Origin: an uncultured delta proteobacterium
Lineage (GTDB): Bacteria; Myxococcota_A; Polyangia; Polyangiales; B10-G4
NCBI GenBank assembly: GCA_963727445.1
Contig: CAVSGI010000006.1
Coordinates: forward strand, 512,001 to 576,000
Length of the DNA stretch: 64,000 nt
Direction of reading: 5' to 3'
Shown: positions 13,201 through 22,601 of the stretch, piece after piece
How positions within the stretch are numbered: the first letter of the stretch is position 1
Layout of the letters: each line of letters begins with the position of its first letter
Program-made: the position numbers and the translations under genes
Notes under the pieces: generated by a model
The model's input: the letters and a program-made list of their open reading frames with translations, nothing else
Databases searched by the model: none
What the model was told of the DNA's origin: nothing

Positions 13201-13317
13201 GCGGCGGAGACGCGCTCGGGCCTCGAAGAGCTCCTGGGCGCCGCCACCGCCCAGGGCGATCCCGGAACTGCGGAGCGCGTCGGCGGTCTGCTCAGGGTCC
13301 TCAGCCGAGTGACATGA
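10297..13317 (+). CDS. Long coiled-coil protein with a small N-terminal degenerate methyltransferase-like domain
   Basis: 1006 aa. About 180 aa alpha/beta N-terminus ('RDVLWIG', 'SVDVVVIPD', 'ALGRDGALV'), then E/L/A/R heptad-rich sequence. Confidence 0.75.
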   Translation: MSSKRDGHFESADLALAVYLEEVCDGRDVLWIGDHADAAADRLGRVARNVRVQRRVPELGDESVDVVVIPDLDHVGQTEPDAVARLARALGRDGALVAGTRARGGVGYEGLFALLSPEFRKVRMLGQSSFAGYTLVDFDASPEDQEAPTLDGSLVESDEAERYIALCADEGAGLDAYSVIRVPQTRRRRRRSAPPPPSEPDRAELEKAHTRSEALERDLAERTTELEGLRERLDEAAEAHEERVRDLAARLDAERDRVQELERALSKAADEASGREEEPAFDFDPQGEIARFESHLHGTGLALAEAERELERRAILVRDLVEELREAQNGKPLVFAPQAQPVAAVPVAAPAPAPLSAPAPAISAEEERRAVTRALEAEAARAEAQFTVDELMGELAASVEQIEELRAREAALVGRVRGLEARWAEADEIHELAAARHMLTEHDLASARGRIRSLEAELGETREQLELEMLKARGPSGQRQEETQTPVETPESGVRAAVGQDDELEALRASEKHLSERVSELSNQLMAAQDLADVASKAPGDAELREQLGAARELIRSLTEERDHARAENIRLTMMVGSLEDRFAGARRGYELRIAELVHDLSMAAEAGHAAVSAPVDEARIDALLGEVAGLRARLDDREAALSALSARPPQAATPATSEETDALRDEADRLRAQNAELKDRETDLTVRLADAEELSELEANRANDLASTVAARDALVNRLQLDLADTERRGRELEETADRHREEAERLREAVVDASERVGEVDHLSARIGELEEALKGAVTRAETHGGRMDAAEEVLRDARATLGELTEQLEEGGVSFGRTAMGIDAPDSGWNEPASAGPGRSQEVARLEARLQTMEREAEDWETLLRSLTAQLEERDERLRSGERGTPADRELRQSMVELQERAAKLSESLANERRARREAEATASGKRSEELEKLHDALGDWDAELLVLRGQVSSAERELKSFREAAAETRSGLEELLGAATAQGDPGTAERVGGLLRVLSRVT

Positions 13318-14357
13318 GCCTGGGGCGCGTCGCGCGTCTGAGGGCTCTCTTCTCTGTCGCCGCGATCGCGCTCGGGGCGTGCGGGGGGGCTGCGGCCACG
13401 CCGGTTCGTTCGGTTACGCCGCCCCCGACGGAGGGGGCCGCGAGCTGCGGCGGTCTGTCGGCGATCGCGCTCGCACCCGAGCCCATACCCCTGCTCGCCG
13501 ATTGGCTTCGCCTTCGCATGCCCGCCGGCACCTCGCCGGCGCCGCCCGACGACCGCGAGCGCGCCCCCGTGCCGCCGGTGCTCCTCGAGTCCACCGTCGC
13601 CTTCGCCGATGCGGACGTCCAGCTCGAGGTGCGGGCGATGGAGATCCTCCGGCGTCGCGGCGAGGGCTCCCTCGCTGCGCAGGTGGAGTCGTATCTCGAA
13701 AGCCTGGGTCACGCCGGAGGCGTCGAGCCCCTGACGCTGGCGCCCGGCCTTCGAGGGGTGTTGGTGCCGCCCACCGAAGAGAGCCTGCGTCGCCGCGGCG
13801 ACATCGGAAGCGTCATCCTGCACGGCGAGGACGGCGTGCTCATGGACGTGAGCTTCGCCGTGCCCCCTGGCTCGATGCGCGGGGAGGAGGTCACCTCTTG
13901 CCGGGAGGTGACGCGACGCATCGCCGAAACCCTCGCCCCCGGCGAGCGCCGCCTGGACCTCGCGGGCGGTCCGGTGACGCTCCCGTACGGTCTGAGCCTC
14001 GCGCTGCCGCCCGACTACCTGGCTGTCACCTATCGGGGCCCGGACTTCGAGGTGCACTACTTCTTTCCCATCGTGCCGCTGGGTGCGCCCCAGGCCCAGC
14101 TCGGGATCTACCTGGGAACCGATCCCGCCTCGCACGTCGGTGACGTGCTCGAGATGCGGAGGATGGAAGGGACGCTCCTCGGCCGCGCGGCCCAATGGCT
14201 CCGCTGGACGAGCGCGTCACATGGAGCGCGCCTGCATCACCGCGAGGCGATGACCGAGCTCGAGGACACGGAGGGCGCGTGGGTGCACGTCTTCGTGACC
14301 GCGCCAGACGAGGAGTCGGCCGAGTCGTTGGGCGCCATCCTCGAGACGCTCCGGTAG
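13314..14357 (+). CDS. Hypothetical lipoprotein
   Basis: ATG 13314 overlaps the upstream stop (ATGA); lipobox 'ALGAC'. Confidence 0.7.
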   Translation: MSLGRVARLRALFSVAAIALGACGGAAATPVRSVTPPPTEGAASCGGLSAIALAPEPIPLLADWLRLRMPAGTSPAPPDDRERAPVPPVLLESTVAFADADVQLEVRAMEILRRRGEGSLAAQVESYLESLGHAGGVEPLTLAPGLRGVLVPPTEESLRRRGDIGSVILHGEDGVLMDVSFAVPPGSMRGEEVTSCREVTRRIAETLAPGERRLDLAGGPVTLPYGLSLALPPDYLAVTYRGPDFEVHYFFPIVPLGAPQAQLGIYLGTDPASHVGDVLEMRRMEGTLLGRAAQWLRWTSASHGARLHHREAMTELEDTEGAWVHVFVTAPDEESAESLGAILETLR

Positions 14358-14366
14358 ACTCGCATC

Positions 14367-14960
14367 ATGGCGAAGCTGATCGAGGAAGCGACCGCGCAGA
14401 TGAACGCGATCATCGGGCGCGCGGCGCTCCCCGAGCAGCTGCGCATCGCGCCGATGGAGGTCGAGGCGTGGAACGCCCTCGCCGAGCCTCTCCTCGACGA
14501 GTCGTTGCGCGATCGCCGCTACGTCGCCATGACCGAGCTCTTCGCGCCCGAAGCCGTGGAGCGTGCCACCGCTCTCGAAGATGCGGGCGGCGGCTCCGGT
14601 GTCGTCCATCGCTTCGGCATCTGGGACGGCGACACCCTCGTGGGCGTCTATCGCGGGCGGCAGGGGGACGCCGCCGTCTACCACATGACTGTGAGCGCGA
14701 TTCGCCCCGAGTGGCGCCGAAAAGGCGTCTACGCAGCGCTCCTCGACGCGGTGCTCGAGGCGGCGGAAGCCGTGGGCTTCCTCCAGGTACAGAGCTCTCA
14801 CCACGCCGACAACAACCCGATCCTGATCGCCAAGCTGGCCCGCGGATTCGTGATCAGCGGGCTCAGCCAGAACCTCCGGACCGGGTGGATGGTGACGCTC
14901 GTCTACCGCTTCTCGGAGCGCGCACGCGCGCAGCACCGCGGCAACGTGAGCGCTTCGTAG
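14367..14960 (+). CDS. GNAT family N-acetyltransferase
   Basis: Acetyl-CoA motif 'AIRPEWRRKGV', 'NNPILIAKLARGF'. Confidence 0.8.
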   Translation: MAKLIEEATAQMNAIIGRAALPEQLRIAPMEVEAWNALAEPLLDESLRDRRYVAMTELFAPEAVERATALEDAGGGSGVVHRFGIWDGDTLVGVYRGRQGDAAVYHMTVSAIRPEWRRKGVYAALLDAVLEAAEAVGFLQVQSSHHADNNPILIAKLARGFVISGLSQNLRTGWMVTLVYRFSERARAQHRGNVSAS

Positions 14961-14965
14961 CTTCT

Positions 14966-15760
14966 CTAGCGCGCCTGCGCTTCTTCGACGCGGGTGCGCA
15001 GCTCGAGGGTCTCCTGGCGGAGCGCCGCGTTCTCGCGCTCGAGGCCTTCGACGCGGGTCAGGAGCGCCTGCAGGGCCGCCATGGTCACGCCCGCGGCGTC
15101 GACCGGGTGGATGTGGCGGTCGTCGGCGCCGAGGCCGAACTCGCGGTGGAAGTCCTGGGCCATGGGACCGATGTGGCGGACGCCGCCCGGCTCGAACCGA
15201 TAGCTCCACTCGCTGATGGGAAGGCGCGCGATCGACGCGAGGGCCTGTTCGCCATCGACGTTCTGGAAGTCTTCCTTGGCAGCGCGGTCACTCACCGCAG
15301 GGCAGCTCATCTGGCACCTGCCATCCACCGGGTAGGGCACCCCGGCGCAGCACATCAACCCCGCGGCGCATACGACGCCACCGTCGCCCGCGCATCCACG
15401 GGTACCCACGCCGCCGGCGTCGCTGCTGGCGTCCGCCATGGCGTCGCCTGCGCTGCCGTCGCCTGCGCTGCCGTCGCCTGCGCTGCCGTCGCCCGCGCTG
15501 CCGTCGCCCGCGCTGCCGTCGCCCGCGCTGCCGTCGCCCGCGCTGCCGTCGCCCGCGCTGCCGTCGCCCGCGCTGCCGTCTCCGGTGGTCCCGGTGTCAC
15601 CCGTGGTCCCCGTATCCATCGTGGTCCCGGTGTCGCCTCCGCCGCCGGTGTCGGTGGAAGAATCGACGGTCATCGAGCTGTCGGTGGTGCCGCCGTCGTC
15701 GCCGCACGCGGCGAGGGGCAGGGCGAGGGCCAGGGCAAGGGAAAGGATCGAGCGATTCAT
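14966..15760 (-). CDS. Lipoprotein with (GDGSA)9 tether, 6-Cys minidomain and C-terminal peptidase S74 intramolecular chaperone
   Basis: GGAGG RBS, 'MNRSILSLALALALPLAAC' lipobox, cleavage motif 'SDRAAKE', 'W.Y', 'HIGPMAQDF', C-terminal coiled coil. Confidence 0.88.
   Translation of the reverse strand: MNRSILSLALALALPLAACGDDGGTTDSSMTVDSSTDTGGGGDTGTTMDTGTTGDTGTTGDGSAGDGSAGDGSAGDGSAGDGSAGDGSAGDGSAGDGSAGDGSAGDAMADASSDAGGVGTRGCAGDGGVVCAAGLMCCAGVPYPVDGRCQMSCPAVSDRAAKEDFQNVDGEQALASIARLPISEWSYRFEPGGVRHIGPMAQDFHREFGLGADDRHIHPVDAAGVTMAALQALLTRVEGLERENAALRQETLELRTRVEEAQAR
15442..15576. repeat. 15-bp coding tandem repeat x9 (GDGSA on the minus strand)
   Basis: Unit CGTCGCC(T/C)GCGCTGC; three T-type copies followed by six C-type copies. 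Confidence 0.95.
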
Positions 15761-15805
15761 CAGAGTCCTCCGGGTTGGTCCCGCCAGAATACCAAGGAGG
15801 GCGTC

Positions 15806-15834
15806 TTGACGGCTCCCCACACAGGTTTCACGCT
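15806..15834 (+). promoter_or_regulatory. Possible sigma70-type promoter for the L,D-transpeptidase operon
   Basis: TTGACG-17 nt-CACGCT in the divergent intergenic gap; the -10 match is weak. Confidence 0.3.
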
Positions 15835-15844
15835 CACGCCGCTC

Positions 15845-17279
15845 TTGGCCGTCGTGCGTGGTTCTCTCCATAGTTTCGCGTTCCTCGCTGCCCTCGCCGC
15901 GGTCGCCGCGGCCTGCGGTGACGACCAGGAGGAGGGCGCCAGCTCGGCGCAGCAGGACACCACCGCGGCCGAAGCCGACGCCCCCGTGAGCCCCGGCGAG
16001 CCCGGCCTCGCGGTCGAGCCCTCGGGTCGCCGGGTGCTTCGCGCCCCAGGTCTCGAAGGCCGCGAGCTCACGGCGCCGCCTCCCGAGTACACGCACGAGG
16101 AGGGCCTGGTCGCCGTCCCCTTCCACCTCGCGGGCGAGGTCTACGAGACCGCCGGCGCGGCGCACGAGGTCGTGGGCATCGTGCGCCGCGGCACCCCCAT
16201 CGAGGTCGGGCGGCGCCTGTTCGGTCCGGGTTGTGAAGGTGGCGCGTGGTACGAGGTCGCTCCCTTCGGTGCGGTCTGCACCGAGCGCGGCTTCAACGTG
16301 AGCGCCGAGGTCGACGACCGCGGTCTGTGGGTCCATCCCCCCGACGTGAGCGGCACCCGACCTTTCCGCTACGTGAAAGCGGAGGAGGGGGCGCCCCGCT
16401 TCTTCCGCGTGCCCACCGCGGAGGAGGAGGCGGCCTGTGAGGCCGCGGCGGCCGGGCACGGCACATGGCCCGAGGTCGTCGACGAGCCGATGAACGGCGT
16501 GTTCCTTCTCGCCATCGCCGAGGAGGCGGAAGGGGAGACGGGAACGTACTACCGCACCGTGGCCAACCGCTGGGTGCGCGCGTCGGACGTCGAGGACAAG
16601 CCCCTGGTGACGATGCGCGGCGAGCTCCTGGACGAGGACACGCAGCTCCCGCTGGCCTTCGTCTACTTCGAAGACCGGCCGCTGTTCGAGGTGGATGGGG
16701 ACGGGGTGCGCGAGGTCGGCGTGGCGCAAAAGGGGGCGCGCTTCCCCTTCGTCGGGGAGCGCGAAATCGACGGCGTTCGCTACGTGCTCGGCCCGGACGA
16801 CATCGCGGTGCCCGCCGAAGGCGTGCGCGTCGTGCGCCGCATCGACCGGCCGGCGGAGAGGATCCCTTCCGATACGAAATGGATCCACGTCAACCTCGCC
16901 GAGCAGACGCTGGTCGCCTACGAGGGGGACCGCCCCGTCCTGGCGACCCTCGTCTCGAGCGGCAAGGAGGGCTACGACACGCCCAAGGGCACGTTCCAGC
17001 ATCCGTGAGAAGTACATCTCGATCACGATGAACGGGGACGACCCCGCGGAGGGCTTCTACGAGGTCGAAGAGGTGCCCTGGACCATGTACTACTGGAACA
17101 GCTTCGCTCTGCATGGCGCCTACTGGCACGACGGATTCGGTCAGGTGCGCAGCCATGGCTGCACGAACATCCCGCCGGCCGATGCGCGCTGGCTCTACCA
17201 CTGGACCAGCCCCGAGGTCCCCGGAGGCTGGCACGGCGTTCGGCGCCGCCACGGCACCTGGGTGCACCTGACCCGGTGA
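15845..17279 (+). CDS. L,D-transpeptidase (YkuD) lipoprotein; +1 frameshift at ~16997
   Basis: Lipobox 'VAAAC', 'WIHVNLAEQTLVAYEG', 'TPKGTF'; the next frame continues 'ALHGAYWH...SHGCTN' with the catalytic His/Cys. Start codon uncertain. Confidence 0.88.
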
Positions 17280-18169
17280 GGACGCGCCTCGTGAAACGGG
17301 CGCTCGCCACCGCGCTCACGGGCCAGGCCCGCCTGCTCTCCGAAGGGTCTCGAGCCCTCGCCGACGCGCGACGGGTCGCCGCCTTCCTCGCCGGGCGGGT
17401 CGCCTTCGAGCCCCGTCCCGACGACGTGTTCATCGCGACCTATCCGCGCTCGGGCACGACGCTGATGCAGTGGATCGTCCTGCTCCTCGCCGAGGGCGGC
17501 ACGCCCCCCGAGGCCGAGCACCTCAACGACGTGAGCCCCTGGTTCGAGCGGGGCCTCGCCACCGGGGTGCTGACGCCCGAGCGGATCGCGGCGCTGTCGT
17601 CACCCCGGATCTTCAAGACCCACCTCACGGCGGAGTGGGTGCCGAGGGGGCCGCGGATCGTGGGCGTGGTACGCGACAGCCGCGACGTCGCCACGAGCTA
17701 CTACCACTTCCACCGCAGCTATCTCGGCTTCGAAGGAAGCTTCGACGCGTTCTTCGATCGCTTCGTAGAGGGCCGAGTTCAATACGGTTCCTGGTTTTCG
17801 CACGTGGCCGGCTGGCGGGCGCGGCAGGGCGAGGGCGACGTGCTGCTCCTGCGCTACGAGGACCTGCTCGACGATCGCGAGGCGCAGATCCGGGCGGTCG
17901 CGGGCTTCCTCGGCTGGCCCGCGGACGACTCGCTGATCGCGCGCGTCGCGGAGGCGACGAGCTTCGCGGCGATGAAGGAGCGCGAGGCTTTCTTCGATCA
18001 CGCGACGGCGCTGCTCCTCGAGCGGGGGGTGCGCGGCGAGTCCTTCATCCGCAGCGGCAAGCGAGGGGAGGGCGAAGCGATGGACGCGCACAAGCTCCGA
18101 CTCCTCGAGGCGCGCGAGCGCGACGCGCGGCCCGACCGCGCGATCTGGCTGCCAGCGTTTCTTCAGTAG
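17276..18169 (+). CDS. PAPS-dependent sulfotransferase (Sulfotransfer_1)
   Basis: 5'-PSB 'TYPRSGTT', 'KTH', 3'-PB 'RDSRDVATSY', 'RYEDL', 'FIRSG'. Confidence 0.92.
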   Translation: MRTRLVKRALATALTGQARLLSEGSRALADARRVAAFLAGRVAFEPRPDDVFIATYPRSGTTLMQWIVLLLAEGGTPPEAEHLNDVSPWFERGLATGVLTPERIAALSSPRIFKTHLTAEWVPRGPRIVGVVRDSRDVATSYYHFHRSYLGFEGSFDAFFDRFVEGRVQYGSWFSHVAGWRARQGEGDVLLLRYEDLLDDREAQIRAVAGFLGWPADDSLIARVAEATSFAAMKEREAFFDHATALLLERGVRGESFIRSGKRGEGEAMDAHKLRLLEARERDARPDRAIWLPAFLQ

Positions 18170-18227
18170 GCGCGCCGCGCACTGCGCCCTGGACCAGTGA
18201 CCGCCGGCGCGAAGCGAAGGCTGCGCT

Positions 18228-19148
18228 TCACGCGGGTGCTGAAACGCTGCCGCTCAGCGTGCGCTCGCCCTCGGGCAGCGCATCGACGATGCTCTGCAGG
18301 AGCTCCTCGGGCGTCTTGTAGCGCTCGCCCTTGAGGCGATGGTGGGCGCGGGCGAGCTTGGCGAGGAGGCGGCGGTAGCCGCGCGCCATGGGACGTGCGG
18401 CCTCTTCGAGCTTGGCCTGCACGCGTTCACCCGGCCGAAGCAGGAGCCGCTCGTCGGGCTCGGCGCAGAGGTAGGGACAGGCGCGAGGGCGGCGGGGGTT
18501 CAAGGTGCGTCCGCCCGTGGTGTAGACGAAGCTCACCCCGGCGCCGAAGGCGCGATCGTAGAGCTCGTCGAAGTAGAGCTCGTCGTGCATCACCCCGGAG
18601 AGCGACCAGCCGAGCTTCACCCCCGCTCCACGGCGGCGCATGACCTCGGTCTGACCGATCTGACGGGCGACGTAGGGATTGGGAGCGTCGAGATCCCGGA
18701 CGATGCTGTCGGCCTCGCCGTCGACCTCCGACGCGCGGAGCACGGTGACCGGGAAGCCGAGGGTGGACACCACCGAGCGCAGGGTCCGTTCGGCCCGAGC
18801 GCGGGCGCGATGGACGGGCAGCTGGGCGATGCCATCTCCGAGGGCGTTGGTGTCGGCGACGAGGATGCGGCTCTCGGCGTAGCCGAGCTCGCGCCGGAGC
18901 ATCTCCTGGGCGTAGACGAGGACCAGGACGTCGGCGGGCAGGCCGCGGCTCACGTCCCCGCTCGACAAGCCGACCCCGAACCAGACCGCCTCGGAGCGCT
19001 CGAGGCCCGCGTGGTCGATCCGGGGCTCGGCGACCCGGCGCGCGAAGAGCTCCTGCCGCGTGACCAGCGTGTGGATGGCTTCTGCGACCTCGAGCCGCTC
19101 TTCACGGCTCGAGTCGGGAGAAGGATTCCGTCGCGGATCGGTGGGCAT
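18228..19148 (-). CDS. Hypothetical protein, possibly Rossmann/HUP (TyrRS/CDPS-like) fold
   Basis: Clean 306-aa ORF with normal globular composition. The fold guess rests only on motifs (see findings). Confidence 0.65.
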   Translation of the reverse strand: MPTDPRRNPSPDSSREERLEVAEAIHTLVTRQELFARRVAEPRIDHAGLERSEAVWFGVGLSSGDVSRGLPADVLVLVYAQEMLRRELGYAESRILVADTNALGDGIAQLPVHRARARAERTLRSVVSTLGFPVTVLRASEVDGEADSIVRDLDAPNPYVARQIGQTEVMRRRGAGVKLGWSLSGVMHDELYFDELYDRAFGAGVSFVYTTGGRTLNPRRPRACPYLCAEPDERLLLRPGERVQAKLEEAARPMARGYRRLLAKLARAHHRLKGERYKTPEELLQSIVDALPEGERTLSGSVSAPA

Positions 19149-19324
19149 TGCTTGCGGCCATCAGCCCGAAAACGACGCGCCTCGCGGCGGCCGAGGACAG
19201 CTTTCGGCTGGGGCGAAACTAGCCTAACGCGGGGACGAGAGCAAAGATCAGACGCCGATCGCTCCCGGCGTGGGAATTTGGTGCCTTTCTGGCGTCTTCG
19301 GGTCATTCTTCGGAGGGTAGCCAT

Positions 19325-20775
19325 ATGCGGATAGGCGTTGGGAGAGGTGGGGCGACCCTCTTGATGGTGTGTGCGGCGCTCGCTCTTTCGAGCGCGGCGC
19401 TGGTGGCAAAGAGCCAACCTCGCGCGACAGCGAGTGCCGTGCCGGACGAGCACGGGCCGCACTGGCGGAGGCGATCGCGGAACATCTCGCTCCTCGACGA
19501 CGAGCTGCCGCGTGAGGAGAGGCGGCGCATGCGTCGCGCGACACACGCGGTGACGAAGGTCGATCTCTTTCGTCTCGCGGTGCGGCCGCGCGCGCAGGGG
19601 CTGATCGATCCGCACGCGTGGCCCGAGGAACCCGAATCGCCGGAGGCCATCGACAGGGCGCGCTTCGTGGACGCGCTCTCCGAGGTCTGCCCGAAAGAGC
19701 GCACGAGCGACATGGCGCGTCCCATCGCGGAGGCGGCGCTGCGTGAAGGCGAGCGCTTCGGCGTCGATCCCTTTCTCCTCGCTGCGCTCGCGCAGCAGCA
19801 GGGTGCGTGTCGTCCGGACCAGGCCGACAGTTGGGGGCGCGGCCTCACGCGCATTCATCCGGACATGTATCGGCAGAGCTTCGACGGCGACGTGTATCGC
19901 TACCCGAAGCCCGATGGCCATGGCGGTTTCACTCCGGCACGCCTGAGGCTCTCGCGCGTGCGCTTCGGTGGCGGCGCGCTCCTCGACCTCGACGACAACA
20001 TGTACTTCGCCGCCGCGTTCATGAAGACGTGGGAGGAGCAGTGCCCGGGGATCGACGCGGTGCACGGCTCGGCGCCGCATCGTCACGCCGTCAGCCATTT
20101 CATCTACGGCGATCGCGTGCGGGGGACCGGGCCCGAGGCGGCGATCTTCACCGTGCGCAGGCGTCTGCTCGAGGCGTACGAAGGGCGTGAGACTCCTTCG
20201 CGTGGGCTCGTCAGCCCGCTGGGCGGAGCGCCGCGGCTGGCGATCAGCGGCCCTGGCGAGCCGCGGGAGGGCGGCGCGCGCCTGCACCGGGGGATCGACT
20301 TCGCTTCGCAGCGGGGTGAGCCGGTCTTCGCGATGGCGGACGGTGTGGTGACCGCGGCGGGGGCCGATCGCGGTCCGGGTCCGCTGCGCCCGGTGTCGCC
20401 GGTCAACGCGGGCCGTCTCGAGGGCCTCGGGCCGCGGGGTCTCGCGGTGGAGGTGCGCCACGACGAGGGCGGGCTGCGCTCGCTCTACGCCCACCTCGAG
20501 ACCTTCAAGGTGCACGTGGGAGAGCACGTGCGGGCGGGGACGCTCCTCGGCTACGTGGGACGCAGCGGCATGATCGCGTCGGGTGCGCATCTGCATCTCG
20601 GTCTGTTCCGCGGACAGACCGCCCTCGACCCGCTCGATTATCTCGGCGATCAGGTGCTGAGCCCTGGGCTCAGCCGCCACTGGTGGGATACCGTATATCC
20701 CGAGCTCGCGCGTCGCGGGCTCGCCGTTCGCTACGAGCGGCCTGACTCCATCGCCCCCCTGCGCATTCGAGATGA
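19325..20775 (+). CDS. Secreted SLT-like + M23 metallopeptidase protein; true stop probably 20775 (ORF as sequenced runs to 20902)
   Basis: '[15 protein letters not shown]...GLTRI' SLT-like segment; M23 motifs 'HRGID', 'YAHL', 'HLH'. The 131-nt overlap with the next gene disappears with a one-base correction, giving an ATGA junction. Confidence 0.8.
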
Positions 20776-22520
20776 CCTACGATTCGAAGATCGTCGGCGG
20801 CACCGTCATCGATGGCAGCGGCGCGCCGCCTCGGCGAGCGGACGTGGCGATCGCCGACGGCCGCATCGTCGCGATCGGCGAGGTCAGCGGGAGCGCGGCT
20901 GAGATCATCGACGCGGGCGGGGCCATCGTCACCCCGGGCTTCGTCGACATCCACACGCACTACGACGGCCAGGTCTCGTGGGATCCGGAGCTCGCGCCGA
21001 GCTGCCATCACGGCGTGACGACGGTGGTGATGGGGAGCTGCGGCGTCGGCTTCGCGCCCGTGCGCGCGGCGGATCGGAGCCGCCTGGTCGACCTGATGGA
21101 AGGGGTGGAGGACATCCCCGGAACCGCGCTCTCCGAAGGCATCGACTGGGATTGGGAGACCTTCCCCGAGTACATGGCGGCCCTCGATCGCAAGCCGCAC
21201 GTCATCGATTTCGCAGCGCAGGTGCCACACGATCCGGTGCGGGTCTACGTCATGGGAGAGCGCGCGCTCGCGCGCGAGCCTGCGACCGAAGCGGACGTGG
21301 CGAAGATGGCGGCGTTGGTGCGCGACGCGATGGAGGCGGGTGCGCTCGGCCTGAGCACTGGGCGCACCGACAACCACCGAGCGAAGGACGGCAGCCACAC
21401 CCCCGCCGCCGAAGCGGACCAGGCCGAGCTCGTGGGCCTCGCCGGCGCGCTCCGCGGCCTCGGCCACGGCGTGCTGCAAGCGGTGAGTGACTTCGACATG
21501 ACCGAGGATCGCGGCCGCTTCGACGCGGAGTTCGATCTCCTGGTCGCGATGGCCCGTGCCGCGGGGCGTCCCATGTCCATCTCGCTGCTCCAGCGGCAGC
21601 GTGACTCGGAGCAGTGGCGACGGATCGTGGCGCGGGCGGAGGCGGCCAACGCCGAAGGCGTGCAGATGCGTCTCCAGGTCGGCGCCCGCGGCATTGGCGT
21701 GCTCCTCGGGCTCGAGGCCAGCTTCCATCCCTTCATGGGCTTCCCCAGCTACAAGGCGATCAGCCATCTGCCGCTGAGCGAGCGCGTGAAGCGCATGCGC
21801 GATCCCGCCTTCAAGGCGAAGCTCCTCGAAGAGCGGAGCGAAAGCGTCGCCGGTGATGGCAGCCCGATCCCGCCGCTGGCGGATCAGCTCCTCGCGAACA
21901 TCGACTTCGTCTCGATGAACCTCTACCGCCTGGGCGAGGAGGTCAGCTACGAGCCGGCGAAGGACGATTCGCTCTTCGCCGAAGCGCTCGCGCGGGGCCA
22001 GACGCCGCTCTCCGTGATCTACGACGCGCTCCTCGCGGACGAAGGCCGCGAGCTCCTGTACTTCCCGATCTACAACTACATGGAGCACAGCCTGGGCGTC
22101 GTGTATCAGATGCTCACCCATCCCCTCGCGCTCCCCGGGCTCTCCGACGGCGGCGCGCACGTGGGGACGATCTGCGACGCGAGCTTCCCCACCTACATGC
22201 TCACCCATTGGGCGCGGGACCGGCACGAGGGGATCGCCCTCGAGCGCGTCGTCCAGATGATGACCGCGGATACGGCGGGCTTCGTCGGCCTTTCGGATCG
22301 CGGTCTCCTCGCCCTTGGCAAGCGCGCCGACATCAACGTGATCGACCACGCCGGACTCCGCCTGCGTCGCCCGCGCCTGGTTGCCGACCTCCCCGCCGGC
22401 GGCAAGCGCTTCCTCCAGGACGCCATCGGCTACCGCGCGACCCTCGTCGCCGGCCGCGTGATCGCGCGGGACGGCACGCTGACCGGCGAGACGCCGGGGC
22501 GTCTCGCGCGCGTGGGTTGA
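20772..22520 (+). CDS. N-acyl-D-amino-acid deacylase family amidohydrolase
   Basis: '[13 protein letters not shown]', '[16 protein letters not shown]', 'SDGGAH', 'DLPAGGKR'. Confidence 0.92.
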   Translation: MTYDSKIVGGTVIDGSGAPPRRADVAIADGRIVAIGEVSGSAAEIIDAGGAIVTPGFVDIHTHYDGQVSWDPELAPSCHHGVTTVVMGSCGVGFAPVRAADRSRLVDLMEGVEDIPGTALSEGIDWDWETFPEYMAALDRKPHVIDFAAQVPHDPVRVYVMGERALAREPATEADVAKMAALVRDAMEAGALGLSTGRTDNHRAKDGSHTPAAEADQAELVGLAGALRGLGHGVLQAVSDFDMTEDRGRFDAEFDLLVAMARAAGRPMSISLLQRQRDSEQWRRIVARAEAANAEGVQMRLQVGARGIGVLLGLEASFHPFMGFPSYKAISHLPLSERVKRMRDPAFKAKLLEERSESVAGDGSPIPPLADQLLANIDFVSMNLYRLGEEVSYEPAKDDSLFAEALARGQTPLSVIYDALLADEGRELLYFPIYNYMEHSLGVVYQMLTHPLALPGLSDGGAHVGTICDASFPTYMLTHWARDRHEGIALERVVQMMTADTAGFVGLSDRGLLALGKRADINVIDHAGLRLRRPRLVADLPAGGKRFLQDAIGYRATLVAGRVIARDGTLTGETPGRLARVG

Positions 22521-22601
22521 GAGCCTGGCCCGATCAGTAGCGAATGCGGATCCCCGGATCCGGTCGCCGACCGGCTCGTGGTCGACGAGAGGGGCGCAGG
22601 C

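Noticed and set aside
10297..13317. SMC/SbcC chromosome protein
   Set aside because: No Walker A/B, signature motif or hinge domain.
14966..15760. Prophage, suggested by the tail-fibre chaperone domain
   Set aside because: No capsid, terminase, tail or integrase genes are present, and the domain is on a host-type lipoprotein.
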